From assembly GCA_963754925.1 (NCBI GenBank), contig CAVWHX010000003.1, positions 640,001-704,000 of the forward strand: a DNA stretch of 64,000 nt, given 5' to 3'. The notes below the pieces were generated by a model, which was not told the origin of the DNA, ran no database searches, and saw only the letters and a list, made by a program, of their open reading frames with translations. Source of the DNA: an uncultured delta proteobacterium (GTDB lineage Bacteria > Myxococcota > B64-G9). The position numbers and the translations under genes are program-made. This document shows, piece after piece, positions 28,160-38,657 of the stretch (positions are counted from its first letter, which is position 1; the number at the start of each line of letters is the position of its first letter).

Positions 28160-29776
28160 ATGGCCACTACCGACAGTTATTTTACGATGTTAGTGTTAGC
28201 ACCGGTGGGATCGAGCGCCTCCAGCCGTCGGTCCTATTCACTTGACCTCTACGGACTTGACGAGGTCCTCGAATCAATCAAACCCACTATTGAGGTTGAG
28301 GTTCCCAAGGACCTTGTTCCTGCTGGGGTTTTAAGCTTCACCATAACCAGCATCAAGGACTTCAAACCCGATCGATTGGCCCTTGCGGCCCCATTCGTAC
28401 ACAGGCTGATCGAAGCCAGAAGCTTCGTTGATGAGGCGACATCACAGGGCATTTCTCTTGATCAGATGGTTGACCGGTTGAGGAAGGACTGGGGCGATCT
28501 TTCGCTGGTTCTTCCCGATGCGAGCATCTCTTCGGCCGCAGCGTCGGTCCCGAAAAGCTCTGCGGTCGATAGTCTGTTGTCCATGGTTGCCGGGCCCAGT
28601 GAGGCCGATCAATCTGTTGCTGAAGCCCACGCAACCACTACCATCAAGAAACAAATCGACGATCGATTGAGCAAGATACTCAGTGTTGTTTACAACAATA
28701 CCGATTTTAGAAAATGTGAAGCAACCTGGCGCGGCATCGAGCTATTGCTCAAACAAGGGCCGGTTAAGGTAAGTCAAGGCCTTGAGGTCCAACTGGTTTC
28801 GGTCACGTTTGAGACCATCAAACAAACCCTTGCCACTCTTGCTGACGAACTCGCCGCCAAACCGCCCAATCTGGTTTTGGTTGACCTCCCCTTGACGGCA
28901 ACGGTGGAACACCTTGATGTTCTTGAGCAACTGGCCTCGTTCGGAGAAAGCTTGTTAAGCCCGACCCTTGCGTGGGTGGAGGCCGGATTTCTCCATATTC
29001 ACCATTGGTCTGAGCTGAGTCGTTTGCCCTACCTCAAACACCATATTGAAGACACCGCATTTGCCAAGTGGCGCAAATTTCAACAAGAGCCTGCCGCCGA
29101 TTGGTTGGCCGTGACCTGCAACCGGTTCATGGGCAGGCTCAACTACGGACCGGGCAATCCGCCAAACAAGGTCCCGCTATTCGATGAACACGACGCACTC
29201 TGGTTGAGCCCGGTTTGGGCGATTGGGGCCCTCATCGCACAGAGCATGAACCAATTCGGATGGCCGTCGCGTTTTACCGACATCGGCTCGGTTCACCTCG
29301 ACGGCCTGCCCCTGCCGGCCGCGGGCAATCCCTTGGCTACTGAAATGGCGGTCGGTGAGGATCGGCTAGTCCAGTTTATTGAGGTTGGGTTGATTCCTCT
29401 GGTGGCTCCGCCGGGGAAAGACAGCTTATTTATTCCGCAGGAGACCTCGGTAGCCTTAGGTTCGCTGGCGATCCAGCTTCTTATGTCCAGAGTGTTTTCG
29501 TTTTTCTTCTGGTGTGAAAAGAACCTCGTCAGCGTCCCATCGAGCGATAATCCGGCAAAGCTCATCCGAGATGCCATAGCGCTGAAATGGCAAAAGACCG
29601 GACACCCCTTACCGGACGATTTTGAAATTACCGCCGACGCTGCCCTTGAGGACGGATCACTCCCCCTGCATATTCGCTTTACGACACCCTCCAGGCTTAT
29701 CCGAAAACCACAGATGTTTGAGTTTGATTTCAGATTTAGCCCATCAATGCAGACGGCCGCTTCAAAAGATCAATAA
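28160..29776 (+). CDS. TssB-like/TssC-like single-chain sheath-domain protein
   Basis: N-terminal SIKDFKPDRL (cf. TssB HLKDFEPDQI); KQIDDRLSKIL..FRKCEATWRGI (cf. TssC ELDQKIGSQL..FQKLESSWRSL); FAKWRKF; NRFMGRLNYG (cf. PKFLLRLPYG). Confidence 0.7.
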   Translation: MATTDSYFTMLVLAPVGSSASSRRSYSLDLYGLDEVLESIKPTIEVEVPKDLVPAGVLSFTITSIKDFKPDRLALAAPFVHRLIEARSFVDEATSQGISLDQMVDRLRKDWGDLSLVLPDASISSAAASVPKSSAVDSLLSMVAGPSEADQSVAEAHATTTIKKQIDDRLSKILSVVYNNTDFRKCEATWRGIELLLKQGPVKVSQGLEVQLVSVTFETIKQTLATLADELAAKPPNLVLVDLPLTATVEHLDVLEQLASFGESLLSPTLAWVEAGFLHIHHWSELSRLPYLKHHIEDTAFAKWRKFQQEPAADWLAVTCNRFMGRLNYGPGNPPNKVPLFDEHDALWLSPVWAIGALIAQSMNQFGWPSRFTDIGSVHLDGLPLPAAGNPLATEMAVGEDRLVQFIEVGLIPLVAPPGKDSLFIPQETSVALGSLAIQLLMSRVFSFFFWCEKNLVSVPSSDNPAKLIRDAIALKWQKTGHPLPDDFEITADAALEDGSLPLHIRFTTPSRLIRKPQMFEFDFRFSPSMQTAASKDQ

Positions 29777-29857
29777 TAGTCACACGGTTTCTTGAAAGTC
29801 TCATCCATCTATGCGATTCTTCCTGGGGTACCTTTTAGTATCCAAACCAATACTCCT

Positions 29858-31603
29858 ATGGCCCGACTCACCTATAAAAACGACCCTTCCACCTCCTTTG
29901 AGCTCGGAACCAGCCAAAGCATTATCGGCCGCGCCGAAGACTGCGACATCCGGATACCCGATGACTACATAGCCGATCATCAATGCCAGATTACCTTTAA
30001 CGGAAGTCAGTATGTCATCGAGAACCTTGGAGAAACACCGTTGCTGGTCAATGGGCAACACGTAAGTCATCACACGCTCGACCATCGGGACGAGATCTCG
30101 TTTTCAGATCAGAGGCTCATCTTTTATCTAAGCAGCGAGCGCGCGAAGGCGCCGGCTGCTCAAAAGCGAACGTCGGCTTTGCCACCGGGGAAAGCTCGGC
30201 TGATTTCTAGCAAGGATCCATCGATTTTTTATGAGGTGGGCGATCGGGATCTTTACATCGGCAGTGGCGATGACTGCGATATTCACATTCCCGACGAATA
30301 TCTCTCCAAACGGCAGTGTCGTGTCTTCACTGAATCCGGCCGCACCGTCATCGAAAACCTCGGCCAAAATCCGTTGGTGATCAACGGTCAACAGGTAAAG
30401 AAATACGCGCTTCGCGATATCGATGAAATCACTATCTCGGACGCCCGGTTTGTCTATCACGTCGAAGGGGCGACACCGAAGAAACCAGGCAAAACGAAAC
30501 CAGCGGCAAGGAAAGCTTCCGTACGGACTTCCCCGCGTTCGACCGCCGAGAGCATTCTCCAGGAGATTGGCGGTTCCGATGTCGATGAGATTCGAAAGCG
30601 CAGCTTGATGATCGTGCGCGCTTTTGAAAAGACCCAAAAGAAGCAAAAAAGAAAATACACCGTCATCATCGCGGTGATAGGTGTTTTGGCGGTTCTCGCG
30701 AGCGTCTACGCGGTGATCAATCATCTCAAGATGGGTCGACAACGTCAGCTAGCCGAATCCATTTTCTATAACTTAAAAGATCTCGATGTAAAGCTCGCTC
30801 AGTTGCCCCAGACAGACGTTGAGAGCATTCAAAAGCGCCGGCACATGGAGCGCGACTACGACAAATTTGTCGAAGACCTAGGAATATATGGGGAAAATCT
30901 CAGCCCCGAAGATCGGCTGATACTCAAGATGGCCCGCGTCTTCGGAGAATGCGAGATAAATATACCGCAGAACTTTGTGCAACAGGTTCATACCTACATC
31001 GCGCAATGGCAAAAGAGCCCGCGCCTGCGCGAAGCCATCGGTCGGGCGTTGAGCCGAGGGTACAACACCTTGATTGGTGAAGAGATGTTGAAAAACAATC
31101 TTCCACCGCAGTTCTTTTATCTGGCGCTTCAAGAGAGTAACTTCATACCGGAAGTTATTGGCCCGAAAACTCATGCCGGCTACGCCAAAGGTATGTGGCA
31201 ATTTATTCCCCCCACCGCCATGCAATACGGGCTCAAGACCGGTCCCCTGCAAGAGTATCAAAAGTACGATCCACTCGATGAACGCCACGATCCGCAAAAA
31301 TCCACCCGGGCGGCCGCTAAGTATATAAAGTTTATTTACAGCACCGATGCACAGGCCTCTGGATTGCTGGTCATGGCCTCCTACAATTGGGGGGAAGGCA
31401 GCGTCATAAAGAATTTACGCAAAATGCCGGAGAATCCGCGCGATCGCAACTTCTGGAAATTAATTCAACAGTATCGCATCCCCGACGAGACATATAATTA
31501 CGTATATATGATCTTCTCCGCCGCGGTCATTGGCGAAAACCCGCGCTTATTCGGATTCGATTTTGACAACCCGTTGGCCGACGTGGGACGTTCAGACGGA
31601 TAA
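29858..31603 (+). CDS. FHA-FHA-TM-lytic transglycosylase (MltD/SLT-like)
   Basis: Two FHA-like repeats, TM YTVIIAVIGVLAVLASVYAVI, SLT motifs LALQESNF, AKGMWQF, ASYNWGEG. Confidence 0.8.
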   Translation: MARLTYKNDPSTSFELGTSQSIIGRAEDCDIRIPDDYIADHQCQITFNGSQYVIENLGETPLLVNGQHVSHHTLDHRDEISFSDQRLIFYLSSERAKAPAAQKRTSALPPGKARLISSKDPSIFYEVGDRDLYIGSGDDCDIHIPDEYLSKRQCRVFTESGRTVIENLGQNPLVINGQQVKKYALRDIDEITISDARFVYHVEGATPKKPGKTKPAARKASVRTSPRSTAESILQEIGGSDVDEIRKRSLMIVRAFEKTQKKQKRKYTVIIAVIGVLAVLASVYAVINHLKMGRQRQLAESIFYNLKDLDVKLAQLPQTDVESIQKRRHMERDYDKFVEDLGIYGENLSPEDRLILKMARVFGECEINIPQNFVQQVHTYIAQWQKSPRLREAIGRALSRGYNTLIGEEMLKNNLPPQFFYLALQESNFIPEVIGPKTHAGYAKGMWQFIPPTAMQYGLKTGPLQEYQKYDPLDERHDPQKSTRAAAKYIKFIYSTDAQASGLLVMASYNWGEGSVIKNLRKMPENPRDRNFWKLIQQYRIPDETYNYVYMIFSAAVIGENPRLFGFDFDNPLADVGRSDG

Positions 31604-31610
31604 TTCCTTG

Positions 31611-31741
31611 GTCATCCCCACGCAGGCGGGGATTCATAAAATGTTTCACTACTGGATTCCAGCCAAGCCCACAGGATAAGAGACTCTAACTCACTTCGTT
31701 CGTAAGAGTCTCTAACCGCACGCCGCATACGTGGGAATGAC
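31611..31741. repeat. GTCAT-type REP doublet whose second arm is interrupted by a ~63-bp palindromic insert
   Basis: GTCATCCCCACGCAGGCGGGGATTCA ... CTGGATTCC[31661-31723]CGCATACGTGGGAATGAC. Confidence 0.65.
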
Positions 31742-32523
31742 TATTTTAGTTTGATACTAAAAAGCTCGGCCTCGTCGGTTTCAGGAAATTGGCCAAACAT
31801 AATCGAGGCCGGATTGCCGAGGATGCCGACGTAATATGAATTTTCAGAATCAATCGAATTTTTCACCGCCCAGCCGGTAAATTCCTTCCCACCCTGATTT
31901 ATTTTCAAACCTTGCATGGCGTATTCGAGCACGGTCTTTTGCGGAAGCGTGCCCTTGGGCCCGACCCCGTGCGCCCGAATCTCGCCGTCGGACACCGCAA
32001 ACAGGGCGCCCTTCCAGACTTCTCCCGTGGGCGGACCAATCTCCAACCATTGTCCAATTGCCGGCACCGCATAGACATCAAGCCGATAGCTGGCCGTAAC
32101 CTTAGGAGCCGGCTTGTTGACCATGACGGTTATCTTGGCGCCCAGCGACGGATTATTGAGCGCAAAAACGCTCGCGTCCTGTAGCGGCGTCGGCAACTTT
32201 GCTGGCTGCCAGTCTTTCTCGGTGGTGACCAACGCTATCGGAAACCCGTGGCCGCGCGCAGCTTGGACTCCCAAGGTTAACATCGCCAACCCATAGCGAA
32301 CCGATTCGCTTTCGAACATTGCCTTGCTACCCAATATGATCCAGAGCGTGACATCCTCTTTCGTCAGCTCTTTTTGCGCCATGCTCCAGGCCATTTGCTG
32401 CAGGTTATCCTCCCAAAAATGACCGGCAAATGCCAAGCCGTATTCCGATAGGACCTCGCTCAGTATCTTGGCTTGCGCCTGGTGATCCTTACTGAGCACC
32501 GTAATACAGGCATTCTTTTTCAT
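31741..32523 (-). CDS. T6SS-associated hypothetical protein, N-terminus possibly TIR-like
   Basis: 260-aa ORF coupled to tssH by a TAATG overlap. Confidence 0.7.
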   Translation of the reverse strand: MKKNACITVLSKDHQAQAKILSEVLSEYGLAFAGHFWEDNLQQMAWSMAQKELTKEDVTLWIILGSKAMFESESVRYGLAMLTLGVQAARGHGFPIALVTTEKDWQPAKLPTPLQDASVFALNNPSLGAKITVMVNKPAPKVTASYRLDVYAVPAIGQWLEIGPPTGEVWKGALFAVSDGEIRAHGVGPKGTLPQKTVLEYAMQGLKINQGGKEFTGWAVKNSIDSENSYYVGILGNPASIMFGQFPETDEAELFSIKLK

Positions 32524-35267
32524 TATGCCTCCTGGGTTAATATAAACGCGCCAGCCTCTCCCACATCCATCTTCACCTTGGTGGGCATCCCGGCCGTTAT
32601 CATATTAGAAAGGATCATACGAGAGAGCTGCGGCAGAACATTAACCGTAAGGATATGTTCAATATTACGGGCGCCGGTTTCAACCTCGGTGCAGCGCACC
32701 GCGATCTGATCGACCACCGCCGGCGTAGCGGTCAAGGTGATCTTGTTGTTATCCATCAGCGTCTTTTGGAGCCACTTGATCTTTATTTCGACGATTCTCT
32801 TCATCGCCTCAGGTCGAAGGCTATAGTAGGGGATAACCGCCATGCGGGCCAAGAGGGCCGGCTTGAAATGCTTTGAAAGAATTGGGCGCACCGCATTGAC
32901 TACATCGTCGAGGGCCGGCGGGTTTTCAACCGAGGTCATCTCCTGAATCACATCGGTGCCGAGGTTGCTGGTCAGGATGATGATGGTATTCTTAAAGTTG
33001 ATCTCCTTGCCCTCGCCGTCGGTCAAGGTTCCTTTGTCGAAGACTTGATAAAAGAGGCTGACCACTTCCTGGTGCGCTTTTTCTATCTCATCGAGCAGCA
33101 CCACCGAGTATGGCTGCTGCCGAACCGCCTCGGTCAGCATCCCGCCCTCGCCGAAGCCAACGTACCCCGGCGGAGAGCCGATCAACCGGCTGATGGTATG
33201 GCCTTCTTGAAACTCGCTCATGTTGACGGTCACCACGTTGCGCTCGCCGCCGAACAATTGGTCAGCGACCACCAGGCCGGTTTCGGTCTTTCCTACTCCC
33301 GAAGGACCAACCAATAAAAATACTCCCAGCGGCGAGTTCGGGTTTTTAATCCCGGCTTTACTCGCGCGAATGCGTTCGGCGATGACTTCCAGCGCGTTGT
33401 CCTGACCCTTGATGCGCTCCTTGAGATGCTTTTCGAGATCGATCACGGTCTTGGCCTGATCGCGCTGCATTTTACCGACCGGTATGCCGGTCCAGCCCGC
33501 GACCACCTGCGCCAAGACATCCGGGCCGACCTCGATTTGAATGAGCGGGTTGCCGCCCTGAATGGCCGCGAGCTCCCGATCGGCCTGGTCCAGTTGTTTT
33601 CTGAGCGCCTCTTTGTCGACGGGTTTTTCTTCAACCTTGACTTCCGGCGCTTTGTCCTGAGCCTTCTTACCCGTGTTCTTTCCCCCATCTTTGCTTTCGG
33701 TTTCGCCTTTCTGCTTCGCGCCAACCTCAGCCGGCTTGGGCGTATCGGGGTGAAGCTTCTGGCGTAAATCGAGGACTTTTTCGACCTGCGATTTTTCCTT
33801 TTCCCAACGGGCTTGAATTTCCTTCGCCTCGGCGGTAATTGTATTGATCGAATTCTGGGCCGCCGTGAGCCGTTCTTCATCAATTTTGATCCCGTGCGCG
33901 CGATCCCGTTCAAGCGCGGCTTTTTCCCGCTCCAGGGCTTGGATGCTCCGCTCTTTGTCTTCCAGGACGGGCGGCTTGGCGGTGAGGTTGACCTTGACCC
34001 GAGCGCAGCCGGTATCGATCAGATCAATGGCCTTGTCCGGAAGAAAACGGCCTGAGATGTAACGGTCAGCCAATTCAGCCGCCGATTGAATGGCGTCATC
34101 GCGAATGATCACCCGATGGGACGCTTCGTACGAATTTTTGAGGCCCCGGAGAATTAGCGTCGTGGTCTCCACCGACGGCTCATCCAATTTCACCAACTGG
34201 AAGCGGCGTGCCAACGCCGGATCCTTTTCAAAGTATTTCTTGTACTCGCTCCAGGTGGTGGCCGCGCAGGTGCGGATCTCGCCGCGCGCCAAGGCCGGTT
34301 TGAGCAAATTCGCCGCATCCGAGCTTCCCGCCGATCCGCCCGCTCCCACCAGGGTGTGGGCCTCATCGATGAAGAGAATGATGGATTTTTCCGAGGCTTT
34401 GATCTCGTTGAGCACCCCTTTGAGGCGGTTCTCGAATTCCCCCTTCATGCCCGCGCCGGCTTCCAGCGCCCCGAGATCCAACCCGAGGAGCGTGGTGTTG
34501 AGCAGCATGGCCGGAACATCGCCCGCCACGATGCGCACGGCCAGTCCCTCGATCACGGCGGTCTTGCCGACACCGGGATCGCCCACCAAAATAGGGTTGT
34601 TCTTACGCCGGCGGGCCAGGATGTCCACTATCTGACGAATTTCGTTATCGCGGCCAAAAACCGCGTCTATTTTTCCGGCCCGCGCCTGAGCGGTGAAATC
34701 ATTACAGAAGCGTTCCAAAAAGCCCGCACCGGGTTTAGCGGCTTTCTCACCGGGGGTGGCCGCTAGGGCCGCTTCCTTCTCAACCAGCTGTTGTTCGCCG
34801 GAAGTCTTAAGGATGTTCCAGAATTCCTTTCTTAATACATCGGGCACGATGCTCGACAACAATTCTCCGTAACCGCCGGTCGTATACACGCGCTGCTTGT
34901 CCAAAAGCGTAAGCGTTAACGCTCCGGAGCGAACGCGCGACTCTCCCAAATCGACCGAGGACACCATCCATGCATCCTGGAACCAGTCCATCAGGTATTG
35001 GGAAAAAACAGGCTTCGAGGCATTGCCCGTTTTGGCCCCTTCCAACACGTCATTGAGCCCCCTGAGCAATCGAGAACCGTCGATTTCGAACCGCCGCAGA
35101 ATCAACGGAATGTCACCGGTCGGATCTTCGAGCGCTTTGATGAGAAAATGCTCGATGGCGACCTCGTAGTTGGTCCGCGAGACGCATAAGCCTGCCGCGT
35201 TTTGAAGGGTGCCGAGACAAAACGAATTGAGTTTGTTGAGAAGATTTTTCAAATCAACCTGTATCAT
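32523..35267 (-). CDS. tssH: T6SS ATPase TssH/ClpV
   Basis: MIQVDLKNLL start; RRRKNNPILVGDPGVGKT; GPSGVGKTE; EGGMLTEAVR; ETGARNI. Confidence 0.95.
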   Translation of the reverse strand: MIQVDLKNLLNKLNSFCLGTLQNAAGLCVSRTNYEVAIEHFLIKALEDPTGDIPLILRRFEIDGSRLLRGLNDVLEGAKTGNASKPVFSQYLMDWFQDAWMVSSVDLGESRVRSGALTLTLLDKQRVYTTGGYGELLSSIVPDVLRKEFWNILKTSGEQQLVEKEAALAATPGEKAAKPGAGFLERFCNDFTAQARAGKIDAVFGRDNEIRQIVDILARRRKNNPILVGDPGVGKTAVIEGLAVRIVAGDVPAMLLNTTLLGLDLGALEAGAGMKGEFENRLKGVLNEIKASEKSIILFIDEAHTLVGAGGSAGSSDAANLLKPALARGEIRTCAATTWSEYKKYFEKDPALARRFQLVKLDEPSVETTTLILRGLKNSYEASHRVIIRDDAIQSAAELADRYISGRFLPDKAIDLIDTGCARVKVNLTAKPPVLEDKERSIQALEREKAALERDRAHGIKIDEERLTAAQNSINTITAEAKEIQARWEKEKSQVEKVLDLRQKLHPDTPKPAEVGAKQKGETESKDGGKNTGKKAQDKAPEVKVEEKPVDKEALRKQLDQADRELAAIQGGNPLIQIEVGPDVLAQVVAGWTGIPVGKMQRDQAKTVIDLEKHLKERIKGQDNALEVIAERIRASKAGIKNPNSPLGVFLLVGPSGVGKTETGLVVADQLFGGERNVVTVNMSEFQEGHTISRLIGSPPGYVGFGEGGMLTEAVRQQPYSVVLLDEIEKAHQEVVSLFYQVFDKGTLTDGEGKEINFKNTIIILTSNLGTDVIQEMTSVENPPALDDVVNAVRPILSKHFKPALLARMAVIPYYSLRPEAMKRIVEIKIKWLQKTLMDNNKITLTATPAVVDQIAVRCTEVETGARNIEHILTVNVLPQLSRMILSNMITAGMPTKVKMDVGEAGAFILTQEA

Positions 35268-35301
35268 GGTCTCCCTCGCTCTGTAGCGTTCATGGCTTCC
35301 A

Positions 35302-35416
35302 CCCTCATCCAAGAGATTCTTGCCTCGCAAAGCGAGGCTTAGAATCTCTTGCCCTCTCCCCATCTTGGGAGGGGGTGGCGCACGGCAAAGCCGCACGGAA
35401 GCGCCGGGTGAGGAGA
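35302..35416. repeat. REP-like palindrome containing a 42-bp hairpin element
   Basis: CAAGAGATTCT-T-GCCTCGC-AAA-GCGAGGC-TT-AGAATCTCTTG (35310-35351) inside CCCTCATCC...CCCTCTCCC..GGGAGGGGG..CCGGGTGAGG. Confidence 0.6.
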
Positions 35417-35468
35417 GTACCTGTGCATCGATAAAACTAGCCTCCGATAGGAATGGTCGCTTTCTTAA

Positions 35469-36515
35469 TTACGCAGTAGTGGCACCTGTCGCCAGCTGAT
35501 AGTTATGCAACCACGTCGTCACACTTGCTCTCCCTCGATATTCCGGGCCAGAAAAAATCCAGCTGTCGCGGCCCAAATAACTCCACATCGCGGCACCGAG
35601 GCAGACCGTCCTCACTTCCTCTGACCTCAATACCAATTCAAACTCAACCTCCAATGGCTCGATCAAATACAGGCGGGTCAACGTCTCGACCTTTTCAAAT
35701 AACGGTGACTCGGGCTGCAAGGCATTAAACATGGCGGCATCCAGGGCATCGGCGGTAACGCGGATTTTACCCATCCGGTCATCCATCTCCACTCCCAGGT
35801 AACAATCTTCACCGATGGTCGCGTTGCGTAATCCGATATAACAGCGCAGGTCCTCTGCAATCTCAACGCGCCGTTGCACACACGGAGTCACGCTCAAAGG
35901 CTGCCACCGTAAGGCATCGGATACGAGGGTACGCAGCCCCAAAGCAGAGCGCGGATATTGGCAAAACAATCCAAGGTAGCGCAACAACTCGGGAACCGCT
36001 GACAGACCGCGTCGCAACTCGGCCGAGCCCAAGCCCAGCACACAGAAGAGCCGTTCTTTACTCGCTTCATCGAGCTCCTCGGCAACCTTGACACCCCAAC
36101 GAACCTTGCTCCATGCATAGAATAAGTGCCGATAAAACGATTCATTGAGAATATCTAAAAAATCTCGGGTTACCGATTTATCGGCCCATACCTCGGCAAA
36201 TAGATCCTCGGTGTAATGGTTGGGTAGCGGCGATGAAACCCCATAGAGACCGAGAAAGGTAGCTTCAATGCGGTAGTGCGGTGACTCCTCCCCCGCAACC
36301 TCCTTCAGGCTAAAGACATCGCACCCCGGAAATGCAAATGAAAGCTGGGGCCTGACCCTGAGCATCGTTTCAAAAAAAGACGCCTGCGCGTCCCGTTCCA
36401 CAAATCCAGAAAGGAGCCGCAACAATCTCACAACTTGGTAGAAAGAGTACTTCTCAGGTTGCCCTACCAAGTCGCTGGTTATATCAGGGGACGGTCCCCG
36501 AGCCGAGCCTTCCAT
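35469..36515 (-). CDS. tssG: T6SS baseplate TssG
   Basis: YSFYQVVRLL, FLGLYGVSSPLP, RDFLDI, LGRDSWI. Confidence 0.92.
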   Translation of the reverse strand: MEGSARGPSPDITSDLVGQPEKYSFYQVVRLLRLLSGFVERDAQASFFETMLRVRPQLSFAFPGCDVFSLKEVAGEESPHYRIEATFLGLYGVSSPLPNHYTEDLFAEVWADKSVTRDFLDILNESFYRHLFYAWSKVRWGVKVAEELDEASKERLFCVLGLGSAELRRGLSAVPELLRYLGLFCQYPRSALGLRTLVSDALRWQPLSVTPCVQRRVEIAEDLRCYIGLRNATIGEDCYLGVEMDDRMGKIRVTADALDAAMFNALQPESPLFEKVETLTRLYLIEPLEVEFELVLRSEEVRTVCLGAAMWSYLGRDSWIFSGPEYRGRASVTTWLHNYQLATGATTA

Positions 36516-38210
36516 TCAATAATCTCTCCCCTGACCGTGTCCCGCACTTTGAGGTGCGTAAAACTGTTAATGCTCGCATAAGTTCCCAGAAAGTAGTCCA
36601 TAATCATCCCAAACAAAACCACGTCACCCCGGCTGGCAAAATGATTGGCGTTTAGTTGAAGGTTGAACTCCTGGCCGCGCATGTTGATTCCCGCAATCAA
36701 CCGGTTACCTATCTTTGCCGTAAGATCGGTGATGCCTTCGATCCGCCTTTCATTGGCCAAGATCTCGGAACGATCCCTGGTTTCGGGAAAAAGATACAGC
36801 CGAAGCAACGTCTTTAGGTTTTCGGCGTTGGCGAGCGTCAGTAGGTTGAGCGATACATGCGATAAAAATCTCCACAGCAGGTTGTGGCCCAATGGCGGCT
36901 GAATGGGAGCGGTCGGAACCCGAATGTTCTTTAAAAGTACACATGTTTGGCGACGTGCTGGTCGGTTGGCAAATGTCGCCATATTGAAGATTTATCGGTA
37001 GGGAGGCGTTGGTGCATAACAGCTCGATCGACAGCGTCTCTTTGGAAACCACCTTGGACCCCGGTGGATAGACCACCGATAACAATACTTCGGGGCGCTG
37101 ATCCGCTACCGAGACCCGTTGCTGAATAGTGTAGAGCGGGACATCCGGATCGCGTGGAGCAAAGAGCTCGAAGGCTCCATACTCTCTCCGGCGGGCGTTT
37201 CCTCCGGCGTATCCGGATACCCGATTAACCGAATAGACCTGATAGTGATTCCGGGTCGCGCCAGAAGGAACAACCGGGTATTCGGTTTGACGGTTGTCGA
37301 GGACGATTGGATCGGCGTCAAAGTTAAAAAGATTGATCGCCGGCGTGGCAAATAAGACAAAACTCTCCTTCTTGATGGGAGGGAGGTCCGGGGGCAGCTC
37401 TTCGAATACAAAAGCAACCTCAAATTCCTCGCGCTCGCCCCGGTTGGTCCAAGCCTGAAGTCCGGTGATGTCGATAAAGAGGAACTTCTCGGGTAGCGCA
37501 AAATACTCCTGGACGACCCGATATCCCGGAAAGGCATGCGATGGATAGGGAAACAATGCCTCTGCGTTGTCAAGGCCCACGGGTTTGAGGCATTCGCGGG
37601 AAAGGTTGAGCCTCGATCCTTTTTCCGCCGATATCGTAAACCTATCGACATACCGATAGAACAGATTCCAGAGCGAGGCGGCCTCGGGATACGGTCCCCC
37701 GAAATACAGCCGTATGGTGGATGGTTGCCAATTATTGAGTTGTAGGCCAATCAAATCAAAGCGAATGGTCAGAACACTGGGCTGGCCTGGCTGTTGGTTA
37801 ACGGTGGCAGCGGCAATTCTGATTGGCTGCACCCGAACGTCGAAACAGGTCTGAAAAATGCAGTTGGTTCCCTCGACCGGGACCGATGCCAGCGCCGTGC
37901 CCTTGGGGATGTGAAGATCTTTGGTCAAACCTTGCTGCGGGTTGAACGCGACAATGCTGGTCGACGGGATTGGCTGCAGGTAGTGCGGAAAAATCATCCG
38001 CATCAGACCTTGGATGACTTCGGGGAAGTCATCGTCGAGCTTTTGGTGAATCAAACCGCTCAAAAACGCCGTTCCCTCAAGCAAGCGCTCGACATCGGGG
38101 TCCTGCGAGGGTCCGCTGAGCATCGGCGCCAATGCGGGATGCGATCGGGCAAATTCGGCCGCCAACTCCCTCAACCGATTGAGCTCGCGCTGGTAGTATC
38201 CTTGGATCAT
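36479..38210 (-). CDS. tssF: T6SS baseplate TssF, frameshifted near 36930
   Basis: YYQREL, DPDVERLLEGTAFL, EYFALPEKF, TPAINLF; continues in another frame as NIRVPTAP..LWRFLSH..YASINSFT. Confidence 0.9.
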
Positions 38211-38632
38211 TATGAGTTAACCTTTATCAACCCATCGGGATCAATGGTCGTCTTAAAGGTTACGGGAACATAGCGGTCGTCTTCCGTCGCCAGTCGACAC
38301 ATGATTTGAAAATGCAGCGCCGCATCGCCTTCTTGTATTTGACTATCGATCGTAACGTCGATATCGCGAAGCCGCGGTTCGAACTTCTCAATTACCTCTT
38401 TAATGGCCACGGTGAGATCCTTCACCGATTCCGTTGAATAGTTGCCTATCAAGTTTGTAAAATCGGGCGTTCCGTAGTCGCTTGCAATGGAAGCGCTCCC
38501 CTGGCGGGAATTGAGCAACTGTTGGAGATGCCTGAGAATCGAGGTGACAACCGCGTTGATATTCACCGACCCACGGTAGTCCGGAGCCTCCTCCATCTTT
38601 CGAATTCGTTCGAGTAGACGGATGTTCGGCAT
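38210..38632 (-). CDS. tssE: T6SS baseplate TssE
   Basis: HLQQLLNSRQG, DYGTPD, FEPRL. Confidence 0.92.
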   Translation of the reverse strand: MPNIRLLERIRKMEEAPDYRGSVNINAVVTSILRHLQQLLNSRQGSASIASDYGTPDFTNLIGNYSTESVKDLTVAIKEVIEKFEPRLRDIDVTIDSQIQEGDAALHFQIMCRLATEDDRYVPVTFKTTIDPDGLIKVNS

Positions 38633-38657
38633 ACCTTTTTCCTATCGTGAAGCGCAC

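Noticed and set aside
35268..35396. N-terminal extension of TssH
   Set aside because: Translates REP-like DNA; MIQVDL at 35267 has an RBS and matches ClpV starts.
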